A DNA stretch of 64,000 nt from Phycisphaerae bacterium (GTDB lineage Bacteria > Planctomycetota > Phycisphaerae > SM23-33): NCBI GenBank assembly GCA_041687095.1, contig JAWLCQ010000002.1, forward strand, positions 28,671 through 92,670. Direction: 5' to 3'. This document shows, piece by piece, positions 54,558 to 64,000 of this stretch (position 1 is its first letter; each line of letters opens with the position of its first letter). A program made the position numbers and the translations under genes. The notes beneath the pieces are model-generated. The model saw only the letters and a list, made by a program, of their open reading frames with translations. It was not told the DNA's origin and ran no database searches.

Positions 54558-56108
54558 TCAGATGCTCCCGAGGACCGGCAACTCCAGCGTGGAGTTCGCC
54601 GTGTCGATCGTCACCGCCCCGGGGTGGGGGGCATTCTCGAAGAACGGGTAGTCGCTCAGGGACAGGCACAGCCCCATGCGGTCGCCCGGGGCGAAGGCGT
54701 GGCTGATCGTCCACAGATCGACCACCACATCCATCCATGGCCCGGCGGGGACGGGCTCGGGGCGGGAGAGGTCGTCGCGGAGGGAGAGCTTGCGGGCCCC
54801 GAAGTTCAGGCGGCGAGTGGAACCGTCGGGGCGGACGGCGAGGAACCAGGCGATGAGGTTGGCGTCGGGGGCATCCGTTCGCACCCGCAGGCGCAGGCGC
54901 GGATGGCCGAGGACGACGGTCTCCGCGTCGAGGGGGGGGCTGGTGAAGGCGGCGACGCCCGGTTGGGTGCAGAACGTGCGGAAGTCGCCCCCGCCCTCGG
55001 CCGACAGGGCCGGTCGAGCGGGGTCGTGGGTCAGGACGATCTCCCCAACGGCGGCGTTCGCGGCGTCGGGGGGCTGGAGTCCGCCATCGCCCGTGAGGCG
55101 GAGGGTGTGCTCGCGGGTGCGGGGCAGCTCGTCGAATTCCAGCCATCGGCCGCGACCGGTGCAGTAGAACATCACGCGGGGGTTGACGGCGTCGACGTCG
55201 CGGCCCTTGAGGAACCGCTCGAACCACTGGACCTCCAGGGGCTCGGGGAAGTCGCGCTGCTCGCCCTCGAACCCCAGCGACCCGGGGAGCATGACGAGGC
55301 GCTTCTCGCCGGGGTGGAGTTCGAACCCGCGGATGGTTCCGATCCCGAAGTGGTCGAAGAGGATCCCGGCATGCAGGACGGGGACCTCGATGCGGCGGAT
55401 GTGGGGGGTGAGGTCGATGGCGTCCCAGGCGGGGGAGCGGACGGGGGAGTCGAGGTACTCGCTCGCCCAGGTCATGCCCGGAAGGCGGGCGGTGCGGAGT
55501 TCGCGCTCGCGGGAGGCGTAGCGGGTCGCGCGGAGGCGGCGGAGGCGGTCCACGGTGGGGGGGGCGGCCCCGTCGGGGATGCGGACCGCCCCGTGGGAGG
55601 TGCGCCCGGCAATGCCGGCGACCCATCCCAGGCGGTTGTCGCTACGGAACACGCCCCCGGGATACCACTGGTCGGTGTAGAAGTCCATCGGATAGGAACT
55701 GATGCACTGCGCCCGCAGGTGCGGGGGGCGCGTGGAGCCCGTGAGGATCTGGTAGATCCCCAACGCCGATCCGCCCGTCGTGCCCACGTTCCCGTCACAG
55801 AACTCGCGGTGGGCGAGCCACTCGACCAGATCGTATCCGTCGTACAGGCCGTCGGCGATGTTGTAGTAGGTGTACGTCCCCTCCGAGCTGCCCGTCCCGC
55901 GCGCGTCGGCGACGAGGACGGCGTACCCGCGGGCGGCCCAGGTTTCGGCGGAGGACTGGACGCCCTCGCGGCCATAGGGGGTGCGGATGACGATCCCGGG
56001 GCACGGCCCGCCCGCCCGGGGGCGGTAGAGGTCGCACGCGAGGTGGACCCCGTCGCGCAGGGGGACGAAGAGGCAGGCGGAGGATTCGATCTGGAGCAGT
56101 GCTTTCAT
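54558..56108 (-). CDS. CocE/NonD (X-Pro dipeptidyl-peptidase-like) hydrolase
   Basis: LRDGVHLACDLYRP, RTPYG, DARGTGSSEG, GTTGGSALG, C-terminal jelly-roll TSPPL. Confidence 0.88.
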   Translation of the reverse strand: MKALLQIESSACLFVPLRDGVHLACDLYRPRAGGPCPGIVIRTPYGREGVQSSAETWAARGYAVLVADARGTGSSEGTYTYYNIADGLYDGYDLVEWLAHREFCDGNVGTTGGSALGIYQILTGSTRPPHLRAQCISSYPMDFYTDQWYPGGVFRSDNRLGWVAGIAGRTSHGAVRIPDGAAPPTVDRLRRLRATRYASRERELRTARLPGMTWASEYLDSPVRSPAWDAIDLTPHIRRIEVPVLHAGILFDHFGIGTIRGFELHPGEKRLVMLPGSLGFEGEQRDFPEPLEVQWFERFLKGRDVDAVNPRVMFYCTGRGRWLEFDELPRTREHTLRLTGDGGLQPPDAANAAVGEIVLTHDPARPALSAEGGGDFRTFCTQPGVAAFTSPPLDAETVVLGHPRLRLRVRTDAPDANLIAWFLAVRPDGSTRRLNFGARKLSLRDDLSRPEPVPAGPWMDVVVDLWTISHAFAPGDRMGLCLSLSDYPFFENAPHPGAVTIDTANSTLELPVLGSI

Positions 56109-56130
56109 GGTGGCTCTCACGTGGGCACGC

Positions 56131-56165
56131 CGCGGCCCGCGGAGGGGACGCCTCCGCGGGCCGCG
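56131..56165. other. Perfect 15-bp GC stem-loop upstream of the CocE gene
   Basis: CGCGGCCCGCGGAGG GGACG CCTCCGCGGGCCGCG; no U-tract. Confidence 0.7.
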
Positions 56166-56247
56166 ATGTGCGTAACTATACTACTGCGGTCGACGGGCGG
56201 GTCGGGAAACCGGCCGATCGCTCGCCCCCGGGGGACGACGACGTCCG

Positions 56248-56730
56248 TTACTTGATGGCGTAGACTCCGCGGGCGATCTTCTTGAAGCGGTCCCCGCGAA
56301 GGGTGGTGGCCACGATGTTGTAGAAGTCCTTGCTCTCGGACTTGTAGCCGGTCTTGCTCACGGCCTCCATGACCTCCTTGACCCGCATGGGCTCACCGGA
56401 GGCGCGGAGGACGTCCTCCACGTAGTCCACCAGGGTCTTGCCGCCCTCGCCCCGGCCCGGACGCGTGCGGGGCGTCTTGGCGACCTTGGCGGCCTTGGTG
56501 GCCTTGGGAACCTTGGCGGCTTTGCGGGCGCGGCGGCCGGCGGCCATCCCCGTCGCCATCGCCTTGGGCGCCGCCGGGACCGACTCGCCGCCCTCGATGG
56601 CGGCGATCCGCCGCTGGATCGCGTCCAGATCGGTGACGAGCTGGTTCCGCTTCGCCTTCAGTTGGTCCAGTTCCTTCTGCCGCGACGCCAGTTCCGCCTC
56701 AATTTCCCGAATCGACCTCTGCCGTGCCAT
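56248..56730 (-). CDS. Basic coiled-coil plus winged-HTH protein (candidate nucleoid-associated protein)
   Basis: N-terminal heptads EIEAELASRQKELDQLKAKRNQLVTDLDAIQRRIAAIE, K/A-rich linker, C-terminal TLVDYVEDVL..SGEPMRVKEV...RFKKIARGVY. Confidence 0.75.
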   Translation of the reverse strand: MARQRSIREIEAELASRQKELDQLKAKRNQLVTDLDAIQRRIAAIEGGESVPAAPKAMATGMAAGRRARKAAKVPKATKAAKVAKTPRTRPGRGEGGKTLVDYVEDVLRASGEPMRVKEVMEAVSKTGYKSESKDFYNIVATTLRGDRFKKIARGVYAIK

Positions 56731-57127
56731 GCACAACTCCTTAACCGAAAGACTCGAACAACTACACGCAAGTGTAGACGAACGGGGGATTATAGGAGTG
56801 CCGGAACGGCAAAGTCACACTCTTTTTCACCGCAGGCACTGTTGGTGCATACTTCGCGAACTGTGGATGAACCGCTCCGCCCATGCTCCGATGAGGCGTA
56901 GGCGGAGGAGTGAAACACAGCCGCCTGCGCTCGGGAGAGAACGCGGGAAAGCCAAGGGAGTCGGATGGGGCAGTCCCGTGTGTCAGGCCGCCCTCCCGCG
57001 CGCCGCCCCGCCCTCCGCCTTTCGCTCCGGGCGGGCCTGCACGCCCGGCGGACTGGGAAAAGGCTGCTGGGACCTGTAGAATCTCCTGGAACCAAAGACG
57101 CCCTCCAGGAGAGGATAGAAATCGCCA

Positions 57128-59530
57128 ATGCCCAGTACCGCCGCCACCGACACGCCGTCCGTCGCCTTTCTCAGCGACTACCTGCCCCGCCGCTGCGGGA
57201 TCGCCACCTTCACGTATGACCTCTGCGAGTCCGTCGCCCACCAGGCCGCGGGCAAGCATGACGTCTTCACCGTCGCCGTCAATGACGTCCCCGAGGGCTA
57301 CCCCTACCCCGATCGCGTGCGGTTCGAGATCCGCCACAACGTGACGGCTGACTACCGCCTGGCAGCCGAGTTCCTCAACATCAACCAGGTGTCCGTGGTC
57401 TGCCTGCAGCACGAGTACGGCATCTACGGGGGCCCGTCGGGCTCGCACCTGCTGGGCCTGCTCCGCCGCCTCCGCCGTCCGTTGGTGACGACGCTGCACA
57501 CGATCCTCCGCAACCCCTCCGACGAGCAGCGCGCCGTCCTCAAGGAGGTCATCCGCCTCTCCACCCGCCTGGTGGTGATGAGCGAGACGGCCATGGACAT
57601 CCTGACGGACGTCTACGACTTCCCGGGGGACAAGGCGGTCCTGATCCCCCACGGGATCCCCGACGTGCCCTTCGTGGACCCCAACTTCTACAAGGACCAG
57701 TTCAATGTCGAGGGCAAGCGGGTCCTGCTGACGTTTGGGCTGCTGAGCCCGGGCAAGGGGATCGAGACCGCCATCGACGCCCTCCCCCGCGTCGTCGCCA
57801 AGCACCCCGAGGTCGTCTACGTCGTCCTGGGCGAGACGCACCCGCACATCAAGCGCGAGACCGGGGAGGAGTACCGCAACAGCCTCTTCCGCCGCGTGAC
57901 CGACCTGGGCATGGACGAGCACGTCCTGTTCGTCAACCGCTTCGTCGATATCAGCGAACTGTGCGAGTACCTCGGGACCGCGGACATCTACGTCACCCCC
58001 TACCTCAACGAGGACCAGATCGTCTCGGGCACGCTGGCGTACGCGCTGGGAACGGGCAAGGCCACCGTCTCCACGCCCTATTGGTACGCCCGCGAGATGC
58101 TCCGCGACGGACGGGGGCGGATCGTCCCCTTCCGCGACCCCACCGCCCTCGCCGACCAGGTCATCGACCTGCTGGACAACGAGATCGAACTCAACGCCAC
58201 CCGCAAGCGTGCCTATACCTTCTGCCGTAAGATGGTCTGGAAACGCGTCGCCCAGGACTACCTGGACCTGTTCGCCGAGGCCCGCGAGGCGTGGGTGGAG
58301 AACCGCCTGATCGTCCCGGCCGCCCGGGTCGAGCGCCAGGAGAAGCCCCACGAGCTGCCGGAGGTGGACCTGCGGCACCTGCGGACGCTGACGGACGACA
58401 CGGGCGTTCTGCGGGGGTGCCTGTTCTCCACGCCCGACCGCTCGCAGGGCTACTGCACGGACGACAACGCCCGCGCGCTGCTGGTCACCAGCCTGCTGTG
58501 GGAGCAGAACCAGGACGAGTCCGTCCTGCCGCTCATGCAGACGTACCTGGCGTTCCTGGCGCACGCGATGGACGACGAGACCGGGCGGTTCCACGCGTTC
58601 CTGAACTACGACCGTACGTGGTCGGAGGTGATCGGGAGCGAGGAGTCGCACGCGCGGGCGCTGTGGGCGCTGGGGGTGGCGACGGCGCTGTGCCCGCACG
58701 AGTCGCAGATCGCCCTGGCGACGCGGCTGTTCAAGCGGGCGCTGAGCGTGGCGGACGACTTCACCAGCGCCCGCGCGTGGGCCCTGACGGTGGTGGGGAT
58801 CCACGGGTACTTGCGGCGGTTCGGGGGCGACAGCGAGGTCCGCCGCTCCCGCGCCGACCTCACCTCCCGCCTCGCCAAGGCCTTCACCGACCATGCCTCC
58901 GACGACTGGTTCTGGTGCGAGGACGTCGTCACCTACGTCAACGGAAAGCTGCCCCACGCCCTGCTGATGAGCGGCAAGTGGATGAACAAGGGCGAGTGGA
59001 TCGACTTGGGCAAGCGGGCGCTGCGCTGGCTGCTGCAGCACCAGACCTCCGAAACGGGCATGCTCTCGCTGGTCGGGACCGACGGGTGGTATCGCCGCGG
59101 GGGCGAACGCGCCCGCTTCGATCAGCTCCCCATCGAGGCCCACGCCCTCGTCGACGCCTGCGTCGAGGCCTACCACGTCACCCGCGAGCGCGAGTGGGTC
59201 GACCACGCCCGCCGGGCCTTCCACTGGTTCCTCGGCGATAACGACCTGCGGACCCCCCTGTACGACTTCACCACCGGGGGCTGCCGCGACGGCCTGCACG
59301 CCGACCGCGTCAACGAGAACCAGTCCGCCGAGTCCACCCTGGCGTGGCTCATGAGCCTCCTGCTCATGCAGGACCTCGAAATGGAGCAAAACTTGGGCAC
59401 CCTGCCCGCCGATAAGACTCTGGAGCGCCGGGCGGCCGCAAAACAGGCGATCAAACCGACCGGTCCCGTCGTAGGAAAGACGGACAGGAAGGACAGGAGG
59501 CCCGATGCCCTCACCGATAGTCATGGTTAG
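57128..59530 (+). CDS. GT4 glycosyltransferase fused to a six-hairpin glycosidase-like domain
   Basis: YLPRRCGIATF, LQHEYGIYGG, TFGLLSPGKG, YLNEDQIVSGTL; C-terminal YCTDDNARAL, EESHARALWALG, FDQLPIEA, GCRDGL..RVNENQSAESTL. Confidence 0.88.
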   Translation: MPSTAATDTPSVAFLSDYLPRRCGIATFTYDLCESVAHQAAGKHDVFTVAVNDVPEGYPYPDRVRFEIRHNVTADYRLAAEFLNINQVSVVCLQHEYGIYGGPSGSHLLGLLRRLRRPLVTTLHTILRNPSDEQRAVLKEVIRLSTRLVVMSETAMDILTDVYDFPGDKAVLIPHGIPDVPFVDPNFYKDQFNVEGKRVLLTFGLLSPGKGIETAIDALPRVVAKHPEVVYVVLGETHPHIKRETGEEYRNSLFRRVTDLGMDEHVLFVNRFVDISELCEYLGTADIYVTPYLNEDQIVSGTLAYALGTGKATVSTPYWYAREMLRDGRGRIVPFRDPTALADQVIDLLDNEIELNATRKRAYTFCRKMVWKRVAQDYLDLFAEAREAWVENRLIVPAARVERQEKPHELPEVDLRHLRTLTDDTGVLRGCLFSTPDRSQGYCTDDNARALLVTSLLWEQNQDESVLPLMQTYLAFLAHAMDDETGRFHAFLNYDRTWSEVIGSEESHARALWALGVATALCPHESQIALATRLFKRALSVADDFTSARAWALTVVGIHGYLRRFGGDSEVRRSRADLTSRLAKAFTDHASDDWFWCEDVVTYVNGKLPHALLMSGKWMNKGEWIDLGKRALRWLLQHQTSETGMLSLVGTDGWYRRGGERARFDQLPIEAHALVDACVEAYHVTREREWVDHARRAFHWFLGDNDLRTPLYDFTTGGCRDGLHADRVNENQSAESTLAWLMSLLLMQDLEMEQNLGTLPADKTLERRAAAKQAIKPTGPVVGKTDRKDRRPDALTDSHG

Positions 59531-60731
59531 CAGCTACCCGCCCCGCCTGTGCGGGATTGGGACGTTCGCCGAAGAGGCGCGCGAATTCATCCAGAAGCAC
59601 AACCCCACGCGCGACGTCCTCGTCGTCAGCCACACCGATGGGCGCGGGGAGGGCGTGTTCCCCGTGATCGACATCACCCGCGGGGACTGGTGGGTCGAAA
59701 CCGCCGAGAAGATCCGCGCCCTCCACCCCCACGCCGTCCACCTCGAGCACGAGTACGGCCTGTACGAGCACCGCGACGAGCGCGGGCAGGGCGACGGGAA
59801 CGAGGGGTTCCTCAAGCTCCTCGAAGCCCTCAGCGACTTCCCCACGATCATCGAGCCCCACACCGTGCACGGCCGCCTCACCGACTTCGAGGCCGACTTC
59901 ATCTTCAAGATGTGCCGCCGCGCCAGCCTGGTCCTCTTCAAGTGTCACTACCAGAAGTGGCGCCTGGACTGGAACTTCACCGGGCGCGGGTGGCCCACGC
60001 CCCGCAACGTCATGGTCGTGCCCCACGGGGCGCGGGCGGACCGGCGGTACTCGCTGCAGGAGGTCGTGGACCTCCGCACCGAGTTGGGGCTCGACAAGCG
60101 CCCCCACCTCGCCGAGCACCTCGTCGGGCTCATCGGCTGGATCCAGTCCAACAAGCGCTGGGACATCCTCACCTCCATGTGGGAGGAGATCGCCGAGGAG
60201 ATCCGCCAACGCACCGGGGAGGACTGGGACCTGCTCGCCGCCGGGACCATGCGCGACCCCCACCACAAGGCCGACTACGAGAAGTACAAGGACGAACTCA
60301 AACTCCTGGAGAAAAAGGGCCTCGCCCACTACTACGAGTTCGTGCCCCGCGGGGACGTGTACTACAAGATGATGGCCGTCTGCGACTTCATCGTCCTGCC
60401 CAGCACCGACGAGACGCAGTCGGGGACGCTCGCGCGGATCATCGCGCTGAACAAGCCCTACATCACCACCGCCCCCATGGAGGGCCTCACCGCCCAGACC
60501 CTCGAGAGCAGCGGGGGGCTGCTGTTCACCACCAAGGACATGCTCAAGCGCCACGTGATCGAACTCGCCTGCAACGAACCCGCCCGCCTCCGCATGGGCG
60601 AGAGCCTCAAACGCTACCTCGACACCGTCGTCTCCTGGGACGTCGTCGCCGAGCAGTACAACGAAGCCTACTCCCTCGCCCGCCAGGCCATCCAGACCCG
60701 AAAACCCATCATCCTGCCCCTGGAGTTCTGA
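59505..60731 (+). CDS. GT4 glycosyltransferase
   Basis: SSYPPRLCGIGTF, HLEHEYGLY, GWIQSNK, VLPSTDETQSGTL. Confidence 0.88.
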   Translation: MPSPIVMVSSYPPRLCGIGTFAEEAREFIQKHNPTRDVLVVSHTDGRGEGVFPVIDITRGDWWVETAEKIRALHPHAVHLEHEYGLYEHRDERGQGDGNEGFLKLLEALSDFPTIIEPHTVHGRLTDFEADFIFKMCRRASLVLFKCHYQKWRLDWNFTGRGWPTPRNVMVVPHGARADRRYSLQEVVDLRTELGLDKRPHLAEHLVGLIGWIQSNKRWDILTSMWEEIAEEIRQRTGEDWDLLAAGTMRDPHHKADYEKYKDELKLLEKKGLAHYYEFVPRGDVYYKMMAVCDFIVLPSTDETQSGTLARIIALNKPYITTAPMEGLTAQTLESSGGLLFTTKDMLKRHVIELACNEPARLRMGESLKRYLDTVVSWDVVAEQYNEAYSLARQAIQTRKPIILPLEF

Positions 60732-60973
60732 CGGTTTCGCCGGCCACCCACGTCTGGACTCGGCGCAGGATCGCGCGCTGGGTCTGAGCGGGGCTTGCCC
60801 TTTGGCGGCCGGGGGGTGCGGGAGGGACGGGTCGGGTGCGATCGGGACCCCCGCCAAGGCGTCAGCTCCCCAAGTGGAGACTGCCCGTTGGGGTCCTCTC
60901 CTCCTCCACCGCAACATTCCACGCCCCGAGGGGTTGAAGGAACATATCGACAAACCCCAAGGAGCTTCCCGCG

Positions 60974-63900
60974 ATGGTGTGTTTCCCCCGACGACTGCTG
61001 GTCCTCCCCATCCTGCTCGCCCTGGCCTCGCTGACGGTTCCCGTTAGCGCGGGGGAGATCTGGTGGCGGGAGTACGGGGCGCAGATCGATGACGCCCTCC
61101 TGCTGCACTTCGGCCCGCCCGCCCCCTCGCTGGGCAAGCTCGTCGCCCAGACCGTCCAGCAGCAGCAGGCCGCCGACCCCCTCGCGGCGGCCGACGCCCT
61201 GAGCGAACTCGACCTCGAGGAGGACGACGGGCTGGGGGGGCTCGAACTGCCCGACAAGATCACCCGCGAAGAGGTCGCCGCCTCCCGCCGCCCCGCCCCC
61301 ATTGACGACCGTAACGTCCCCCCGGGCGTGGTCCTCGACTACAGCGACGCCCGCCGACGGGCCCAACTCGCCCCCGACGGGCCGCGCCTCACCCCCGACG
61401 GCAAGTTCGGTGGGGGCCTGCAGTGCGTGGGCAGGGGGGGGCTCGCCTTCGACATCCGCGAGTATCCCGGGGAGCGCGTGCGGGCGGGGACGGCGGTGGA
61501 GTTCTGGGTCCGCGTGGAGGACTACCCCATGGCGCCGGCATGCATGGCCTCCTACCGCAGCGAGGGCGGCGGTGCGGGCGTGCGGCTGCTGCTGCACCCC
61601 GACGGCCGCGTCGAACTCCTCGCCGACCATCCCTTGGGCAACCCCACGCTGCCCGAGCGCATCGCGGTCCTCAAGGAGTTGCTCGCGAAGCGCAACACCC
61701 GCGTCCTCTCGCCCGATCCGCTTCCCAAGGGCCAGTGGGTGCACGTCGCGGCGATGAACGGGGAGGTCATCGTGCAGGGGTACGGCAGCCCGTCGTCGTT
61801 CGAGCTGCACCTCAATGGCCGCAAGGTCGCCGAGTACATCACCGAGCCCAACAACGGCTATAGCCTGTTGAGCGGGCCGGGGAAGCTGGTCGTGGGCAAC
61901 TCGCAGGACGGGACTCAGCCCTTCACGGGGACGCTGGACGAGGTCCGCATCACCTGCCGCCGCCCGTCGTACTACCCTGCACCCGAGCTGCCGTGGCGGA
62001 CGGAGGGGATGGCCCGGAGTGTGCAGTTCGGCCCTCCGGCCTTCCGCGCCGACCGCCTCCTCCGCTACGCCTCCCTGGACGGGGAGGCGAAGTACGACAT
62101 CGATCGCTCTGGTGCGGGCGCCATCGAGCTGCCCGCGAAGGGGCAGGCCCCCGCGTCCCTCCGCGTCGAGGGCGTCCGCGGGGCGGGGTGGCGGATGGAC
62201 CCCACGGGCGCGTTCCCGCGCTTCGACCTCCGCGGGCTCGACCCGCGGCAGGGGGCCCTGGAGTTCTGGGCCTGCGCCCCCAACTGGGACCGCTCGCTCC
62301 TGCAGCTCGCCGACTACACCCTCCCCGAGGATGAGGCCAAGAAAGCCTGGGCCGCCCTGAACCTCAGCGGTGTGCGGCTGTGGGGACGGGACAAGCGGGA
62401 CGGGGCCGTCAAGATCTTCGCCGAACTCGACCTCAAGGCCGTCCCGCTCACGCCCGGGCAGTGGACGCACCTGGTGCTTCAGTGGCTGCCCCCCCTCGAG
62501 CCCCCCAAGGAGCGGCCCCGGGGCTACAAGCCTCCGCAGACGGAGTTCGTCTACCTCGACGGGGCGACCCGCGGGGCGGGGAGGTTCCGGCGGCTCGACG
62601 CGGCCGAACTCGCCCACATCGAGCCGCTGTACGCGGAGTTCGGAATCCCCCCGACGGTGCAGACCGTCACGGGCGAGGTGCCCCTGCTGGCGATCGATGA
62701 GGTCGCCTTCTACTCCGCTCCGTTCCCCCCCGACGAGATCGCCCGCGCCCGCGACCGCTGGGTGGGCGAACTCAAACCCATGGCGTCGATGAAGACCTCG
62801 ACGAGCGTGGGCTACAAGTACTCGATCGGGGAACTCACGTTCCGCGTCCGCACCGAGGATCTGCCCGAGGCGAAGCGGGTCTCCCTGACGCTCCACCGCG
62901 TGGACGGGCCCCCGCAGCAACTCGCCGGCCCCCTCGCCCAGGACCTCGACCCCCAGGGCCAGGCCGAACTCCGCGTGCTCGACCGCTCCCCGCTCCCGCA
63001 CGGCCGCTATGAGTTCCGCTACGCCCTGCAGGACGCCGGCGGGCAGACGCTCGTCGAGGAGACGTCCGCCTGGAGCTTCGAGAAGGAGCCCTGGCGGAAC
63101 AACCGCCTGGGGATCCTCACCAAGACCCCGCCCCCCTGGACGCCCGTGCAGGTCGAGGGCCGGACCGTCTCGACGCGGATGACCCGCTACGTCCTGGGCG
63201 ACGGCGGATTGCCCGTCGAACTCCACGCCGACGGGGTGAACCTGCTGGCGGGCCCGGTCCGGCTGCTGGAGGACGGGACGCCGATGCGGGGCGAGGGGCT
63301 GAGGATCTCCGATTCCAACGACGTGGACGCGACGTGGACGGGCCGGTTCCGCGGGACCACCTGCGACGTGACGCTCCAGTGCACGATCGAGTATGACGGC
63401 ATGGTCCGGCACGAGCTGCGGGTCGAGCCCAAGAGCCCCGACCGCCCGGTGGCCCGCCTCACGCTGGACGTGCCCCTCCGGAGCGAGCACGCCACCCGCT
63501 ACGCCTACTGCATGGCGGGGGCGGTGGGCATGACGGCCGACGTGCTCGATACGGCGCAGGGGACGCTCTTCCAGTCCCGCCGCCCCTCCCACGCCGCCGC
63601 CGTTCAGCAGGCGAAGCGCAAGAAGGAGGCCCCGCCCGCCTGGGAGACCTATGAGGCGTGGGCCTTCTGCAACCAACTCGACGTGAGCGACCGCAACCGG
63701 GGCATCTACTGGTTCGCCGACAACGCCGCCGGGTGGGCGCAGTCCAAGTCCGCCGACGCGCAGGAGATCGTCCGCGAGGGCGACGCGGTTCACCTCCGCC
63801 TGCACCTCGTGGCGGCCCCTGCCGCCTACGAGAGCGACCGCCCGATCGTGTTCGGGGTGCTCCCACACCCCGCCCGCCCGCTGCCCGAGTGGCACCGCAA

Positions 63901-64000
63901 GCTGCAGCGCTGCCGCCCCGAGGACGACAAACGCCTGTGCAACGTCTACGGGACGGTGTTCATGCCCTACGTGATGGACCCCCGCGGGGGCGAGGGCATG
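60974..64000 (+). CDS. Large secreted protein with two LamG-like domains and a DUF6067-like glycoside hydrolase region; runs off the window end
   Basis: Absent from the ORF track. Manual translation MVCFPRRLLVLPILLALASLTVPVSA (signal)...GKFGGGL...VEFWVR...WVHVAA...FTGTLDEVRIT...ALEFW...WTHLVLQW...AIDEV...WRNNRLG...PPPWTPVQV...LLAGPVRL...IEYDGM; open to 64000. Confidence 0.75.
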   Translation, partial: MVCFPRRLLVLPILLALASLTVPVSAGEIWWREYGAQIDDALLLHFGPPAPSLGKLVAQTVQQQQAADPLAAADALSELDLEEDDGLGGLELPDKITREEVAASRRPAPIDDRNVPPGVVLDYSDARRRAQLAPDGPRLTPDGKFGGGLQCVGRGGLAFDIREYPGERVRAGTAVEFWVRVEDYPMAPACMASYRSEGGGAGVRLLLHPDGRVELLADHPLGNPTLPERIAVLKELLAKRNTRVLSPDPLPKGQWVHVAAMNGEVIVQGYGSPSSFELHLNGRKVAEYITEPNNGYSLLSGPGKLVVGNSQDGTQPFTGTLDEVRITCRRPSYYPAPELPWRTEGMARSVQFGPPAFRADRLLRYASLDGEAKYDIDRSGAGAIELPAKGQAPASLRVEGVRGAGWRMDPTGAFPRFDLRGLDPRQGALEFWACAPNWDRSLLQLADYTLPEDEAKKAWAALNLSGVRLWGRDKRDGAVKIFAELDLKAVPLTPGQWTHLVLQWLPPLEPPKERPRGYKPPQTEFVYLDGATRGAGRFRRLDAAELAHIEPLYAEFGIPPTVQTVTGEVPLLAIDEVAFYSAPFPPDEIARARDRWVGELKPMASMKTSTSVGYKYSIGELTFRVRTEDLPEAKRVSLTLHRVDGPPQQLAGPLAQDLDPQGQAELRVLDRSPLPHGRYEFRYALQDAGGQTLVEETSAWSFEKEPWRNNRLGILTKTPPPWTPVQVEGRTVSTRMTRYVLGDGGLPVELHADGVNLLAGPVRLLEDGTPMRGEGLRISDSNDVDATWTGRFRGTTCDVTLQCTIEYDGMVRHELRVEPKSPDRPVARLTLDVPLRSEHATRYAYCMAGAVGMTADVLDTAQGTLFQSRRPSHAAAVQQAKRKKEAPPAWETYEAWAFCNQLDVSDRNRGIYWFADNAAGWAQSKSADAQEIVREGDAVHLRLHLVAAPAAYESDRPIVFGVLPHPARPLPEWHRKLQRCRPEDDKRLCNVYGTVFMPYVMDPRGGEGM

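Noticed and set aside
60780-60920. Possible riboswitch upstream of the LamG gene
   Set aside because: Only fragmentary resemblance to cobalamin motifs; the conserved core elements could not be matched by eye. An Rfam scan would be needed.
226-63895. Many long antisense or alternative-frame ORFs (e.g. 15232-18846 -, 43538-46582 -, 49566-52730 +, 60668-63895 -)
   Set aside because: They shadow well-supported genes, have Arg/Gly/Pro-rich composition and are expected artefacts of high GC3.
1-64000. Autonomous transposase or integrase, tRNA, rRNA
   Set aside because: No DDE, HUH (IS200/RAYT) or tyrosine-recombinase motifs and no tRNA/rRNA signatures were recognised; any mobiliser of the repeats would lie outside the window.

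Overview
High-GC bacterial chromosome segment. The gene style (three Cys-type sulfatases, PEP-CTERM proteins, an LpxC-FabZ fusion, LamG/glycoside hydrolase-like proteins) suggests Planctomycetota/Phycisphaerae; this taxonomy is inferred, not shown. Contents in order: a partial GH78-like rhamnosidase; an AAA+/DUF4143 ATPase; a complete siroheme-dependent (Ahb) heme cluster (hemL, sirC/cysG-N, hemB, hemA, hemC, cobA-hemD, ahbC and one ahbD-ahbA-ahbB reading frame); a small Rho_N-like protein; LysE; mfd; a PpiC/SurA lipoprotein; an outer-membrane/lipid A operon (bamA, skp, lpxD, lpxC-fabZ, two lpxA paralogs, a Gfo/Idh/MocA oxidoreductase); then accessory genes (DUF2961, PEP-CTERM proteins, sulfatases, acyP, ilvE, an ABC pair, class II photolyase, SDR, an rsmH-like gene, GGDEF/HD-GYP, LuxR-type regulator, CocE/NonD hydrolase, a basic coiled-coil/wHTH protein, two GT4 proteins, a partial LamG protein). 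The most unusual signal is in the heme cluster. Several distinct families of short palindromic or heptamer-armed repeats sit in-frame inside nearly every + strand heme gene, at loop positions with catalytic motifs intact, and repeat-derived linkers join AhbD, AhbA and AhbB in one ORF. The same families occur intergenically elsewhere in the window. The second most notable feature is a tandem lpxA pair in which one copy lacks the catalytic histidines. No rRNA, tRNA, CRISPR array or transposase was recognised.
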